From the human T2T-CHM13v2.0 reference genome, Homo sapiens, in assembly GCF_009914755.1 (NCBI RefSeq), contig NC_060939.1: 64,000 nucleotides of DNA. One strand, given 5' to 3'. Below the pieces are notes generated by a model. It saw only the letters and a program-made list of their open reading frames with translations, did no database searches and had not been told where the DNA came from. Positions 1 to 16,837 of this stretch are shown in pieces. Made by a program: the position numbers and the translations under genes. The number at the start of each line of letters is the position of its first letter. The first letter of the stretch is position 1.

Positions 1-225
1 CCTCATCCTTTACCTTGGCCTTCCAACATCTATAAGAACTTAACCTGCCTTGTAAGGATTAGATGAGACTCTGTGCATAAGAACCGACCGCCAGGCCCGT
101 GGCAAAACTGAGAGTAGATTGTGGAGAAAGCCATTTGTTCTGACCTCCTCCCTTCTGTTTACATACAAAACCAAAGCCTTTGTGAGAATTGTGTATGTTA
201 TGACCTTCATTTAGGAAGTCAGTTA

Positions 226-745
<520 letters not shown>

Positions 746-1646
746 TCAGAGTGTTTCAGGACATATACCTCCCATTGCAGATACGAAGAATTGGGCAAAA
801 ACTCTAACTCCCGAGCTTAGGGGGAATTTAAGTGCTAATTCTAGAAAAGCCAGTGCCTGCACCTGAGCTCTGAGGGACCCCCTGTTACTTAGTGGAGAGC
901 GAGCAGAGCAGATGGAACCCCGGGAAAGGCTGTCTCATCCTTTGGAGCATGAGAGGAGAAGAGGAGCTGAGGACAGGGGCAGAAAGCTCAGAGAGTGAGA
1001 AGTGCTGAGGACCTGGTTTTGAGACAAGGCTCCAAAGGAGGAGAGACCAAAAAGGAAAGAGGCCAGGGGCGGGCCTGATGCTGAGGGAGAGTGAGACATG
1101 TGCAGGTTTGGAGAGGCCCAGAAAAAGATCAGGGAGGGGAGAGTTGGTATATCTCGGGACGTTGAACAGGGTTGGGCACAGCTGCCATTTCCAAAGGGTT
1201 TGTGGGAATAAGAAAAAGGAGGAGGCTGAGCTTGAAGCATTAGGGAAGGGGGCTTTTCCTTTGTGTTTTTGGGTGGGGGAGGCTTGAATACATTTTTAGT
1301 AAACTAACCTTTAGGAACAGTTTACTATATGCCACGTATGGTGCTAAGCCCTTTCCTACATTACCTTAAATGATTTTAACAATAAATAGTAAACATGGAT
1401 CCAAAAGTTCCCCCTTATCCAGGGGAATATGTTCCAAGACCCCCAGTGGGTGCCTGAAACCGAGGACAGGACCGAACCCTGTATATACTAGGCATGAATT
1501 TCTCTTTCTTTCTTCACAGACAGCTTCATGGATAGAAATTTGTTTTTACTGCAGATCTTAGCAAGTTCATTATAGGATTTTTTCTTTCTTTCTTCCCTTA
1601 CTAAATTGAGAACTTTCACCTTTTCGCTTAAAGAAAACACTTTACT

Positions 1647-1926
1647 AGCTGGGCATGGTGGCTCATGCCTGTAATCCCAGCACTTTGGGAGCCCGAGGTG
1701 GGCAGATCGCTTGAGCCCAGGAGTTCAAAACCAGCCTGGGCAACATGGCGAAACCCTGTCTCTACAAAAAAGTGCAAAAATTGGCCAGGTGTGGTGGTAC
1801 ACACCTGTAGTCCCAGCTACTTGGGAGGCTGAGGTGGGAGAATCACCTGAGCCCAGGGAGGTTGAGGCTGCAGTGATCTGTGATGGTGCCACGGCACTCC
1901 AGCCTGGACGACAGAGACTTTGTCTC

Positions 1927-1943
<17 letters not shown>
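1647..1943 (+). mobile_element. Alu (AluJ-type)
   Basis: AluJ diagnostics (TTGAGCCCAGGAG, GAGGCTGCAGTG), A tail. Confidence 0.93.
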
Positions 1944-1979
<36 letters not shown>

Positions 1980-2017
1980 ACACACATATATGAAGGAAGG
2001 AAGGAAAGCAAGCAAGC
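1943..2017. repeat. (TA)n/(TACA)n then (GGAA)n/(GCAA)n microsatellite grown from Alu tail
   Basis: Directly visible. Confidence 0.9.
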
Positions 2018-2695
2018 ATCACTTCACAGCATCTCTTTGGCATTTCTGAATTGCCAGCATCCCTACTTTTACGCTTTGGGGCAGTGATTAAATAAGAATT
2101 ACTTGAACACAAGCACTGTGACGCCAGGACAATTAATCTGATCATTGAGATGGCTCCTCACTGACTAATAGACAAGGAGCATTGACAGCGTGGATCCGTT
2201 GGACAAAGGGATGATTCATGCCTCCGGTTGGACAGATCCAGATGCCTCGAGATTTCATCATGCTACTCAGAACAACATGCAATTAAAAACTTTCCAACTG
2301 TTCATTTCTAGAATTTTCCATTTAATATTTTCAGACTATGGCGGTCTGCAAATAATTGAAGCCTCGGAAAGCAAAACTGAGGATAAGGGGGGACTACTGT
2401 ATTGTTATGATTCTCATTTCACTGGTGAGGAAGCTGAGGCACAGAGACGAAGTAACTTGCCTAAGGTCACCTGGATAGTAAGTGGCAGTGTGGCCATGGG
2501 GTTGGTGGCGGTTTGACTCCACCCAGAGAAAGGAATCTGTCATGAGGGTGAGGTTCAAAGTGGATGCTCCCTCCCCTACAAAAAGTGGGGGTCCCCTCCA
2601 AAAAATTAGAGGCCCAGAAAGTAAATAATTTATGATTCAGTTTCTAAGGGGACTCCTTCAGAGATGACCTCATGTAGACATAAAATTTTAAAAAA

Positions 2696-2952
2696 CCAGA
2701 GGCGGGTGGATCACTTGAGGCCAAGAGTTCGAGACCAGTCTGGCCAACATGGTGAAACTCCATCTCTACCAAAAAAAATACAAAATATAGCCGGGCACAG
2801 TGGCTCATACCTGTAATCTCACCTACTCGGGAGGCTGAGGCACGAGAATTGCTTGAACCTGGGAAGTGGAGGTTGTAGTGAGGCAAGATTGTACCACTGC
2901 ACTCCAGCCTGGGTGACAGAGTGAGACCCCATCTCAAAAAATAACAAAAAAA
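2696..2952 (+). mobile_element. Alu (AluS-type), 5'-truncated
   Basis: Starts near GAGGCGGGTGGATCAC; linker, right arm, A tail. Confidence 0.93.
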
Positions 2953-4405
2953 CTCTCCCAAACCAAATAGTCTTCAGCCATTTTGGATCTTCTCTAGTCC
3001 ATGGTGTGTAAGTGTCTCTGTAGGGGAACGTGGACCCAGCAGGTCTGGGATTTCAGTTCTTGGGGAGCAGGGTCTCGCTGGGGACCATGGGCAGGGACTG
3101 GGCTGGATATTTGGACTCATAACACTGCCACAGACTATTCCCATTCCTTCATCAGTGTGAAAGGAAAGGATGAGGTGGCCTCTGAAAGTCTACCTGGCCA
3201 TGGAGGTTGTCAGTTACTTCTCACCCAAGCAGATAGTATAGTCTATCTGCTGTAGGAAAGTTTGCTAGGAGGGATTTTTTTGTGATTGGGTGTATCGACG
3301 AGCTGGCTTGCCACCACCTGGCCAGGGCTCTGGGCAGCCCATCCCCTAGAATGTCTTTCCAGGGGTCCTGTTCTTCCTGGGAGGGCCGGGTCCACAGTGA
3401 GTTCCCCTGATGGCCAAGGCGTCTGTATTTCCATCTTCTGTTGTGATTCCTTGCCATGTAGTGGCATCTACACTAGAGATGGCTCTTATCACCCCCTTTC
3501 TACACATCAGGGGCTGTAGGATATCTGTATGAAATGGGATCTCCACAGCATAAGATGGCTGGTGTCCTGTCCCTCTCCACATGGGTCCCGCCATGGCCTG
3601 GCAGGACAGAGTGAATGACCAGACTTGGATAGGGTGGTGGCAGGGCAGTGGATGCTGAGTGTTGTCGTTTTGAACTTTGAAGCCCTAGTCTGGCGGCCAG
3701 CTGACCGGCCTTTGCTGGGCTCCTGACATTGGCTGGCTGCTGGTTCCTCTGGTATTCAGATTTACAGCTCAGCCCTGGGAAATTCAGAGGACTGTAGAAA
3801 ATGGCTGTTTTGTGGTATAGAAAGAAACTTTAGGGAAAAATGTAAATGCTTGGTCAGATGCCCCGGGGGTCACATGACTTTTAAAGTCAGGGTTGCTGGA
3901 AGGCTGGGGAGCAGTTGCAGGTCAGTGACACCTGCTGGACCTGAAGGTCTGGGACTTTGGCACACAACAGTGGTGGTTTAGAAATGCCATGCCTTCTAGT
4001 GTGCCCACCTGTGGTTGTTGGTTTGCTTTTCCTAGGCCAGTAGTCAGCAGGCTTGGGCAGAGGTGGGGCACACAGGCTGCGTGAATCCAAAGGCCACTGT
4101 TGAAATCCAGCCATGTCCCTCCACCCACCACTGCTCTTCTCCTTGTCTTTCTTTCCTGTCCCATTCTCTGGTCCACTCTGTGCCTTCTCACTTCAAACCT
4201 TTTGCATTCTATATCCCCAGGCAATGGCTTCATTTCCCTCCTAAGAGGAACCTGCTCAAACCAATGCCTATTAACTCTCAAGGCACAGAAAACTTTCCAT
4301 GCTTCTTTGCTCTTCCAAAGCAGGGCAGCCACAGAACCACCAGGAACTGCCCTGAGGCTGAGGCCTGGGAGTGCCTGGGGAGGGCAAGAGGGGAACTCCT
4401 TGTGA

Positions 4406-4437
4406 TGTGTGTGTGTGTGTGTGTGTATGTGTGTGTG
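4406..4437. repeat. (TG)n microsatellite
   Basis: Directly visible. Confidence 0.95.
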
Positions 4438-5071
4438 GAGGAGAGGCTCCCATGGCCCAAACCCTCATAGACCACTTGGTTTCCTTTACTTGCAGAAATT
4501 AAGATAAATGTGTTTTTTTTGGAAACCGAGTCTGTAACCACAATTGGTAAATTCCATTAACATAGAGAAAGCTGCATTCATTTCTTCATTGCATTTTGCA
4601 ATGAAGTTGATTTTGCGGAGTCTTCATTGCATAAAGCTCCTCCCAATACTGCCCCCCGTCCAGCTGTATTCTATTAGATGGGTACTTAGCAGATTATTTT
4701 TGTGTGTGCATGTATGTGGCAGAGTTGTATAATATTCAAACAGCGAATTATGGTTGGTTATTCATTTTGACCTTTATGTTTCCCAACAAGTGATTTGTGT
4801 GATACACGTATACTGCCCACATTTGACCTGCTGGAACATCTTGAAAAAAAAATTTTTTAAGCTATGCAGGAGGAAAGATATTGCTTTGTTTTTTCATAAT
4901 ATATGAATACTAAATTAAAATATTATTAAAATATTTAAAAATACTTGGGGTAAAAAAAAAAATCTCTCCTCCAAAAGAAAAGTCTAGTTATTTGTTGATG
5001 AATATCTGCTTTTAAGAATAACACTTAAATATGGTTATTGGCAGATCATCTTCTCTTCATTTCTTGCCTTC

Positions 5072-5555
<484 letters not shown>

Positions 5556-5779
5556 TAATGTTCTTAGAATGCTTATACTCCAATTACTCCTTCTCACCTT
5601 GTGTACTACTGTTTGTAGCACCTTAGTTCTGTTATGACTTTTTTAGCTCCTCAGATTAGATGCTTGTGTTCTGTATTCTCAGCATTTTAACTTAGATTTA
5701 TTCACATGTTGATTTTGTTGTTGTTCCCATTTCTTCTTGACTGTCACCTCTTTTTTGTTGTTGTTGTTCGTTTAAATTC

Positions 5780-6073
5780 TTTTTTTTTTTTTCTGAGATA
5801 GAGTCTCACTCTGTCACCCAGGCTGGAGTACAGTGACGTGATCCCGGCTCACTGCAACCTCCGCCTCCAGGGTTCAAGCAATTGTCTGCCTCAGCCTCCC
5901 TAGTAGCTGGAATTACAGGCACGCACCACCATGCCTGGCTAATGTTTGTATTTTTAGTAGAGATGGGGTTTCACCATGTTGGCCAGGCTGGTCTTGAACT
6001 CCTGACCTCGTGATCCACCTGCCTCAGCCTCCCAAAGTGCTGAGATTACAGGCATGAGCCACCGCACCTGGCC
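5780..6073 (-). mobile_element. Alu with TSD TTAAATTCTTTTTT
   Basis: Antisense Alu; same string on both flanks. Confidence 0.95.
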
Positions 6074-6261
6074 TTAAATTCTTTTTTCTTTATTTTTGTC
6101 TGACCAAGTTAACCCAAAGAACCCATCTTTGAGTTCTGAGATTGTTTCCTCAGCTTGGTGTTCTGCTGTTAATACTTCTGAGTGTATTATGAAATTCTTG
6201 CAGTGAGCTTTTTTTTTTTTTCAGCTCAATCAGTTTAGTTTGGTTTTCTTTCTTTCTTTCT

Positions 6262-6556
<295 letters not shown>

Positions 6557-6557
<1 letters not shown>

Positions 6558-6635
6558 CCCTTCCCTCCCCTCCCCTCCCTTCCCTTCCCCTTCCCTTCTC
6601 TTCCCTTCCCCTCCTTTCCTTTTTCTTTCTTTTAT
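6557..6635. repeat. Polypyrimidine (CCCTT/CCCCT)n tract
   Basis: ~75 nt of C/T; possible H-DNA substrate (inference). Confidence 0.85.
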
Positions 6636-7328
6636 TTTCTAGTGTGGGTCCTAGGACTAAAGATCACATGTTGTCATGACTCCTGGAACTGCAAACTTGG
6701 AGGGGCACTGGGAGCCCAGGTGGGGGCAAACCAGGGAGGTACAGGCACCTGCCCAGACAGAAGGCCTCTCACTGCTCTCTGAAGCCTGGGCCAGCCAGGA
6801 GGGGAACCTGTGACCCACCCATAGTTCCATTACCAGGCTACAGCTCCTGGGCCATCCTCCTGGGGCTGCCTCTGCTTTCCACCCTCCCTGGAGGCTGATG
6901 CTGAAAGAGGGGGCCAGAGGCCTGGGTACTGATCTCCCTCACTCATGCACACGCCCTCAGCGGAGGGAGTGGGGCCGATAGGGACGATGATGTCCTCTGG
7001 ATGCCGCCTTCCTGGATTGTTCATTTGGAACTTCTCTTCTATTTCTAGTTTCCCTGTGATGCTCATTTTAACCAGATGGCACTTGCTTAGCAGTTTGGAG
7101 GAGAAGACCTGTTCCCCTGCAGGTATGGGCCTTTGGGATCATTACCCTCTCCAGATCTGGCAGCTCCATCAGGTGGTGGCTCTTTCTCCAAACGTCCTTG
7201 ACAGCTTTAGTGCTCCTCCTTCTACTGTGCCCTCTGGTGAGCAGGGGTTTTCTGCATCTGTGGTGACCATATTTCTGAACCCAGATGAATCATGGGTATG
7301 AGAATTCTTGGGGTGTTCAAGGGAACAA

Positions 7329-7625
7329 ATATTTATTTATTTATTTATTGAGATAGGGTTGTACTCGGTCTGAACTCACCCAGGAGTTCAGTGGCATGAT
7401 CGTGGCTCACTGCAGCCTCAACCCCTGGGCTCCAGCTATCCTCCCACCTCAGCCTCCCTAGTAGCTGGGACTAAAGGTACATACCACTATACCCAGCTAA
7501 ATTTTTGTACTTTTTTTTTTTTAAGAGATGGGGTTTCACCATGTTGCCCAGGCTGGTCTCAAACACCAGGTCACAAACGATCTGCCTGCCTTGGCCTCCC
7601 AGAGTGCTGGGACTGCAGTGGGAGC
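7329..7625 (-). mobile_element. Alu (AluJ-type)
   Basis: Antisense AluJ diagnostics (CACTGCAGCCTC, CCTCCCACCTCAGCC). Confidence 0.9.
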
Positions 7626-8382
7626 GGATCTTTGAAATTGTGGCTGCCCTGAGAAGCCAGGGGCACATGGCAGTTGTACCTCTGCTGGGGCATCCTGGGA
7701 GCTTTCCAGCAATGGGACTTCCCTTTTGGATATGGTCAGACTAGTTGCATGCCTTTTTATTTTGCTTGTTACCTAGGTTTCTCCCTCATGAAATTCACTT
7801 ATTTCAGTTACCAAAAAGTACTTTGTAGATAATGATGGGGGCTTCTTACATTGATGGCCCAGAAAGGCTGGAAGATGTAGGTTAACCAGACGGCCCAGGC
7901 ACAAAAGCCATATCCACACATTCTAAACAGGGAGAGTGCTGAGAGCCCACCCTTTGCTTTGTTTCTGGGAAAAAATATTGCCTCCTTCCCCTAAGAAACT
8001 GATCTGATTTTTCAGTGTGACCGTCAATGTTCATCTACCCTAAGGATACTCAACTCTATTTCATGTTGTTGTGCAAATAAAGCCTAAGGGTTGGTGAGAG
8101 GTTCTGGCTTCCCCTAAAATACTCACTCACTGGTTGTGAACTCTTTTGTGAGAGGTGGATTCTGAAAGTGAATGTGTGGCTCTTGAATACGGGGATCAAC
8201 ACCAGCTGTGTTGGCAGCAGAACTTGCAGGGTTTTAGGGAAAGAGATCTGGGGCAACAAAGGGAGGGTAGCTGGGCAGAGTGGGGGTGAGTGGGGTGGAG
8301 CTGGAATGGGGAAGGCCAAGGTAAAGATGGACCAAGAGCTGAGACTAGCTGAGGAGCCCTGGTCTGCATGGCTGGGGCAAGG

Positions 8383-8625
8383 CTGGCTCAATCTCAGCTC
8401 ACTGCAACTTCCATCTCCTGGGTTCAAGCAATTCTCCTGCCTCATCCTCCTGAGTAGCTGGGACTACAGGTGCCTGCCCCCATGCCCCGCTAATTTTCGT
8501 ATTTTTAGTAGAGACAGGTTTTCACCTCATTGGCCAGGATGGCCTTGATCACTTGGCATTAAGTGATCCACCCACCTCGGCCTCCCAAAGTGTTAGGATT
8601 ACAGGCATGAGCCACCATGCCCAGC
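8383..8625 (-). mobile_element. Alu, tail end missing
   Basis: Antisense Alu starting abruptly at GGCTCAATCTCAGCTCAC. Confidence 0.9.
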
Positions 8626-8739
8626 CCCTTGAACACAGGTCTTTAAATGGTTTATTTAACAAATTCTTACAAGAGTCTACAATGGGCTTGACTTACGTGG
8701 AGGAAAGATGCCTATTGTGGAGGAACCCTTACAGTGGAC

Positions 8740-9000
8740 TTTTTTTTTTTTTTTTGAGTCAGGGTCTCACTCTGTCACCCAGGGTGGAGTGCACTGGTGT
8801 GATCATGACTCACTGCAGCCTCGACCTCCTGGCTCAGGTGATCCTCCCACCTCAGCCTCCCAAGTAGCTGAGACCACAGGTGCACACCACCACGCCCAGC
8901 TAGTTTTTTTATTTTTTGTAGAAATGGGGTTTCTCCATGTTGCCCAGTCTGGTCTTGAACTCCTGGGCTCAAACGATCTGTCCATCTTGGCTTCCCAAAA
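8740..9000 (-). mobile_element. Alu (AluJ-type), head truncated
   Basis: Poly-T and antisense AluJ body. Confidence 0.92.
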
Positions 9001-9017
9001 CCTGAAGCCAGGCCAGG

Positions 9018-9222
9018 TATGTTAATTTCCTCGGGCCCCCATGTCAAAATACCACAAACTGGGTGGCTTAAATGTTGATCATTTTATTGTCTCACCTTTC
9101 TTGAGTCAGAAGTCTGAGATTAATGTGTCAGTAGGGTTGGTTCCAGGCATTTGGAGGTGGGGCACTCATATTTCCTTCTGAGGGCTGTGCAGGAGAATCT
9201 GTTCCATGCCCCTCTCCTAACT
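9018..9222 (-). mobile_element. MLT1-type MaLR LTR fragment
   Basis: AAATACCACAAACTGGGTGGCTTAAA...AGAAGTCTGAGAT matches the antisense MLT1 3' end. Confidence 0.7.
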
Positions 9223-9224
9223 GC

Positions 9225-9264
9225 TGTTTTGTTTTGTTTTGTTTTGTTTTGTTTTGTTTTGTTT
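9225..9264. repeat. (TGTTT)n pentanucleotide repeat
   Basis: Directly visible. Confidence 0.95.
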
Positions 9265-10964
9265 CTCTTTCCTCCATCTTGTGGATGCAAAAATATAAAC
9301 TGACCCAAGAGATTCATTATTTAGAAAGTGATGCCTTATACCCAGGATTTAATCAGTGGCTCTTCAGGTTGCCATGTAGAAAGCAGCTTTGCTGGCTGCC
9401 ACTTTCGATCAAGGGCTAAACTCTGAGGGTGACATGCCACTAAGGAGCTGAACGGAGCCTGAGTCCTTGTAGCAGAGGCTGGTCTCCAGTCCTGTCTGTT
9501 CTTCTTCTTGGGCACACAGCTAGGCTACATTCCCTAGCCTTCCTTGGAGCTTAGAATAATTCCTAGCCAATAGCATTTGAGTATAATTGAGTGGGCCACC
9601 TCCAGATGTGGCCCATTACAAGTCACATTCTCTGCCTCCAACCCAGGTTACTTCAGGTAATAATCCTTCTGCCTAGAAAGGTTGGGCACCCTGATATGCA
9701 CAAATCTGCATTAACTTCACAGATGACTCAATTAGCAGGTGATGACTTACTGGCAGTGTTCATTACGGTGGCCTTTCTAGTTGTCATCTTCCCAGATGAC
9801 ATTTTTAGAATTTCATCTCTACACTTTCCAAAAACACTACTTGACACCTGTGGGTTTTAAAATGAAATAACCTCAGATATGAAATAACCTTTCCCCAATC
9901 CATTCATTGTAGTTGGAAGCTGGTCTTACTAATGGCAGGGTGACCGTAACACTTGGTTATGAACCAGGGTATTGCCTCCAACCAAGCCTTAACAATCTCA
10001 TCCTCCCTTTAGCCTTCCATGATTAGACCTCAACTCATGAGAACTCTTGCCTTGCTCACAAGTGGGAGTAAATGCTCATAGCTCTAGAAATCTCCCAGGA
10101 ACCAGACATCACGGAAACTAGAAAGGCTAAGGGAGTCCAATCTTCCTCTAAATTGGCCAACAGTAGAGTGGTGGAAAGAGAACAAGCTGCAAACCAGACA
10201 GACCCAAGCTTGAATCTCACCTCTGCCAAGCTACCAGGTACGTGAGTTTTTCCAAGTTATATCACTCCCCTGATACTCAGGCGCCTCATTTGAAAGATGA
10301 AGCCTCTTCCTATCTTACAAGGATGAAGCATATGGAATGGAAAGCCCTCTGTCAATGTGGTTATCTTTGGAAGTGATTGCAGCTCTCTTGCTTCATTCTC
10401 GCACACCTCTGGAGCCCTTGGTCTCAGTTAGAATCCCAGCCCTGACACTTAATGAGGTGTGTAACTTGTCCAAATAATCTAACTTCTTTGTACTGTTTCC
10501 TCATCTTTAAAAAGAGGACAATAATAGCACTACCTACACAGCACTGTTGCAAGGATTTAGTGAGTTAAAGTGTGCGTAGTACATACAGCAGAGCGTGTAG
10601 AAGTATCCAGTGAACTGTTATTATCATATGAAGAGACTATTTGGTTGATCTCGTCAAGGACAGAAAGCTCCTTGGGGCTTGAAACCTTGCCTGTATACCA
10701 GTTACAGACTCCCTTTTGCTGTTAAACCCAGTCCTTAGGATGCTCAGTCAAATCCTGTGGACTTACTGGCTGGTCTGCTGACGTGGAAACAAGGTGGGGT
10801 GTGACCCATCTCCGGGCGAGTAAACTTTTGGGCACCTGACAGTGTCAGAGCCTCGGGTACCACCTGTAAATGGATGGAACCCTGTGTCTGTGCCCATAGC
10901 ATTGGTCTGGTCTGTCATCAGAAAGGAATCTTGCTGTCAGATGATCACACATCCTCCCATAGTC

Positions 10965-11294
<330 letters not shown>

Positions 11295-13399
11295 CCCCCA
11301 GAAGCTAAAGGATGGTGCAGGTTCTGTTTTTAAATGTACCTGTTAAGTATGTATTAGCTCAAACAGAGTTTACCTGAGATGTGCATCTGGGGTCCACCCT
11401 CTTTGGCACTGTCCCTCATTTTCCTCCTCCAACATTCTCCCAATCTCTCTCTGTTAACCCCAACAACCTGCCACCCCTCCCTAACAAAGGATTCCCAGCT
11501 CAAGGCCAATTCCAATTGGATCGAGTTTTTCTTCTGCAGAAATTGTGGGGAGGTGGCTTCAGAGGCTCACAAGCAGAACCCCACCCAGACACATAAACCT
11601 TTCTTTGGCTGGTACCAACTCCTCTATTGCAGGGTATGGTCCAAGTAGGTTATACAAGTCTCTACCTCTTCTAGCTGAAGCCAACCTCCCAGGAAAAGGA
11701 TGAGAGGAGAAAGCCATCCTGCCTGGTGTGTGGATAATACCACCACCAGAGTCTCCTGTAATTTTGATTCGATGGCATGCAGCTGCGTGACCTAAGGCAC
11801 GTATCTCCATTCACAGGGTGTGGTCAGTACTCTGTGAATATCAGGTGTTCTGTCTGCCCTGTCTCCTGACTTCCTGGAGCCTGCCCTTACCCAGTGAGTC
11901 CCTGGAGGGAACATTCTGGCATCTGGCTGTGAGCTGTCACAGACATGGGTTTCTTTCGGTTCCCAGAATGATGGGATGCCAGCCGCTGGCTGTCCCCAAG
12001 AAACTTGGGAGCAGGACAGGCTTGGCTGTCCCAGAGGAAGAGCCTGGCATTGGGCCAGGAGGCTCAGGAGGGAAGATGAGCTCATTCTGCCCAGCTCGGT
12101 TCTCCCGTATGCAGACCAGGTCATCACAGGGACCTGCCTCCACATTTGCATCCCCCACGGCATATTTTCCCAGCACATGCAGCACTGGGAACTTGAACGT
12201 CCCTCTGCTTTTCCTTGGTGAGACCCACCAGCCCCGCCTTAGGAAGGAGGCTGAACATTTGACGGAGCTTTCCTGTCACCTGTGAGCGACGTGCACGCTG
12301 CTTCCGAAGAAAGAGACATCCCCCTACTGTTTTCTCACAGTGGGATGATTCAACTTTTTCTTTCTCACAATCCCAGATAATCATATCTTCCCAGGTTTTG
12401 TCATCTTTGAGGACTACTCACTATCTAGTTATGAGTCAAACAAAACCCAATTTAACTGATAACTAACCAGCCATCACGTATCCCTGAAGATAAACCTGGT
12501 TTATCCTTTTTATACCCTCTGGCAGAGCAAAGGAACAAGGAGTTTGGGGGAGAAAAAAATACACAACACTAGAAACAGCACTGACACAGGTCGTTAAATA
12601 CAGATGTGACCAGCCTTGGTTACAAGTGTTGTCATCCTCTTTTAACAGGGACCTACCCCGAACTTTCATGAACCCCTGGTAGCTGAATAGCAGCTTGTCT
12701 AAGCGAGGTGCAGGGATTTTGTCAAAGTCGGCCTCGGTGTTAAAGGCAGGGCCACCTACCATGAACTTCTCTCTGTGACTTTATTCTTTAGCAGTGCTCA
12801 AGTGTAAATAAACTTGTTTACCAGGATCAGAATGGCCATGTTAATGAAGTCTTATTTGTGTCACCACAATGACAAGTAATTTGTGCACAGCTGGACTCGG
12901 AGAGGGGACAAAACCAGAGAAATTGTATTTCTGTTCTGAAGTTTCCATACAGATGCCTTAGGCCAAAGTTAGTACAGCCAATATTTGCCTGTTTCTTTGG
13001 ATTGTGTGTCCATGCTGGAGAAAAGCCTTGTTACTGTGCCCAGTGTGGTAAACGAAATTATATGTACGCAGTGAGAAGAAAAATGAAATAAGAAGCACTG
13101 ATGAATGTACCCACGGGTGTGACCTTGGGGGCCAGTGTGTGGTTTTTATGAAATGAATGCATGAATACGAGGACCCTAATTATTGCTTTCAACGGACAAA
13201 GTATGGTGAATATATAGAGAACGTTGCTGTACAACACTGGCTGTGTCTCAAAGCGGCTTTAGAAGTAAATATAGAAATTCTTTGGTACATGGTATTGCAT
13301 AGAAAAGTCATTAAGAAAAAAGCAAGACAATTTGTTAAGACCTTGTTAAGTGGAGCTGGGGGATGATTAATTTTGTTTGTTTGTTTTTGTTGTTCCCTG

Positions 13400-13966
<567 letters not shown>

Positions 13967-14686
13967 TTCTTTTGGAAATAGTTATTTCAGAGAAGGTTTG
14001 CTCATGTGGAGTTAGTGTGGTGATGGCCAGATGGAGTAGAGAAAGAAAAAGTCACAAGATAATGGGAAGGAAGGCACAGTATTAGAGTATGTGCGGAGGA
14101 AATTGAGGCCTTCAATTAGGAGGTGAACAGGGAGAAGAGAGGGCTACGTGGGTTGTGATTCCATTCTCTAATAAGCAGTCTATGTGGAGTAAAAGTCTAA
14201 ATGGAAATGCTCAGGTACAAAGGGAAATTACCATGTAGGTTTTCATAGAGGTATTAAACATTTTATCAGCTCATGGGATCTCTGACTCACAAATAAATCA
14301 CGTCAAAATCAGAACTACAGTAGAGCAAAACATTTCTTTGGAAGCTCAACCGTGGAAGGGAAGGGTCCTGACCTCCTCTTGCAGTTGGGTTCTCTGGCTT
14401 TTAAAGCTTTGTCTGAAGGCCATCACCCACATTTGCACTGTTGCTGCAAACCGAGAGAAAAGAAGCATGGAGAATTTTTCTCCTGCCACAGGGATCTATT
14501 GCTCAATAGAGTTTATGACATTAGGCCTGTGCCTACCTGTTTAATAATTCTGAGTCTGGGTTCAGTAGCCCAGTGGGTTATAAGGAAGGTACTGGCTGTG
14601 GATTTTACTGGAGATGGGGATCTTTCAATCCCAAAGGTAGGGCTGTGAGATTGCTCTGAGTAGACACTAAATTATTAGACTATTAA

Positions 14687-15036
<350 letters not shown>

Positions 15037-15286
15037 GTCTCATCCCTTTTAGTCATGCAAAAGGTGACTTCCAGTTCAAAAAGTCCTAGCAGAACTTTTC
15101 TTGCTGCCTTGCCTTTCTGCTGTCTTGGTGAGAATAGGGCCTGTGTACACAGCCAGGCAGTGTGGCTCCAGAGTCTATGCTTTGAAAACTTTTTTTTAGT
15201 GGATCTCAGATTCATAGAATTAGATTAATTACAATCTTCTCATGCATGGGCTCTCTTTTACTTAGTGAAGTTACAAATCATTTAAT

Positions 15287-15311
15287 ATACACACACACAC
15301 ATACACACACA
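15287..15311. repeat. (CA)n microsatellite
   Basis: Directly visible. Confidence 0.9.
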
Positions 15312-15313
15312 TA

Positions 15314-15995
<682 letters not shown>

Positions 15996-16041
15996 AGCAC
16001 TATTTCTTGATCTTTTTAATTAAATCATTGCCACCCCTAAG

Positions 16042-16505
<464 letters not shown>

Positions 16506-16522
16506 AAGAACAATTGTAATGC

Positions 16523-16837
16523 TTTTTTTTGTTCTTGTTTTGTTTTTTTTTCTTGAGACGGAGTCTTACTCTGTTGCCCAGGCTGGAGTGCAGAGGCATG
16601 ATCTCGGCTCACTGCAACCTCCGCCTCCCAGATTTTAGGCGATTCTCCTTCCTCAGTCTCCTGAGAAGCTGGGACTACAGCCACACACCATCACGCCTGG
16701 CTAATTTTTTTATTTTTAGTAGGGACAGGGTTTCACCACGTTGGCCAGGCTGGTCTTGAACTCCTGACCTCAGGTGATCCACATGCCTCAGCCTCCGAAA
16801 GTGCTAGGATTACAGGCATGAGCCACTGCACCCAGCC
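16523..16837 (-). mobile_element. Alu, full length
   Basis: Antisense Alu. Confidence 0.95.

Larger units (their letters stand above)
1402..2399 (+). mobile_element. MER44/Tigger7-type TcMar DNA transposon, interrupted by an Alu, inserted in a MIR
   Basis: Terminal inverted repeats CAAAAGTTCCCCCTTATCC...GGATAAGGGGGGACTACTG followed by TA; internal GTTCCAAGACCCCCAGTGG matches MER44 as recalled. Confidence 0.8.

Noticed and set aside
11792-12384. Cluster of 80-155 aa ORFs in unique DNA
   Set aside because: Overlapping on both strands, no recognisable homology or exon structure; consistent with chance
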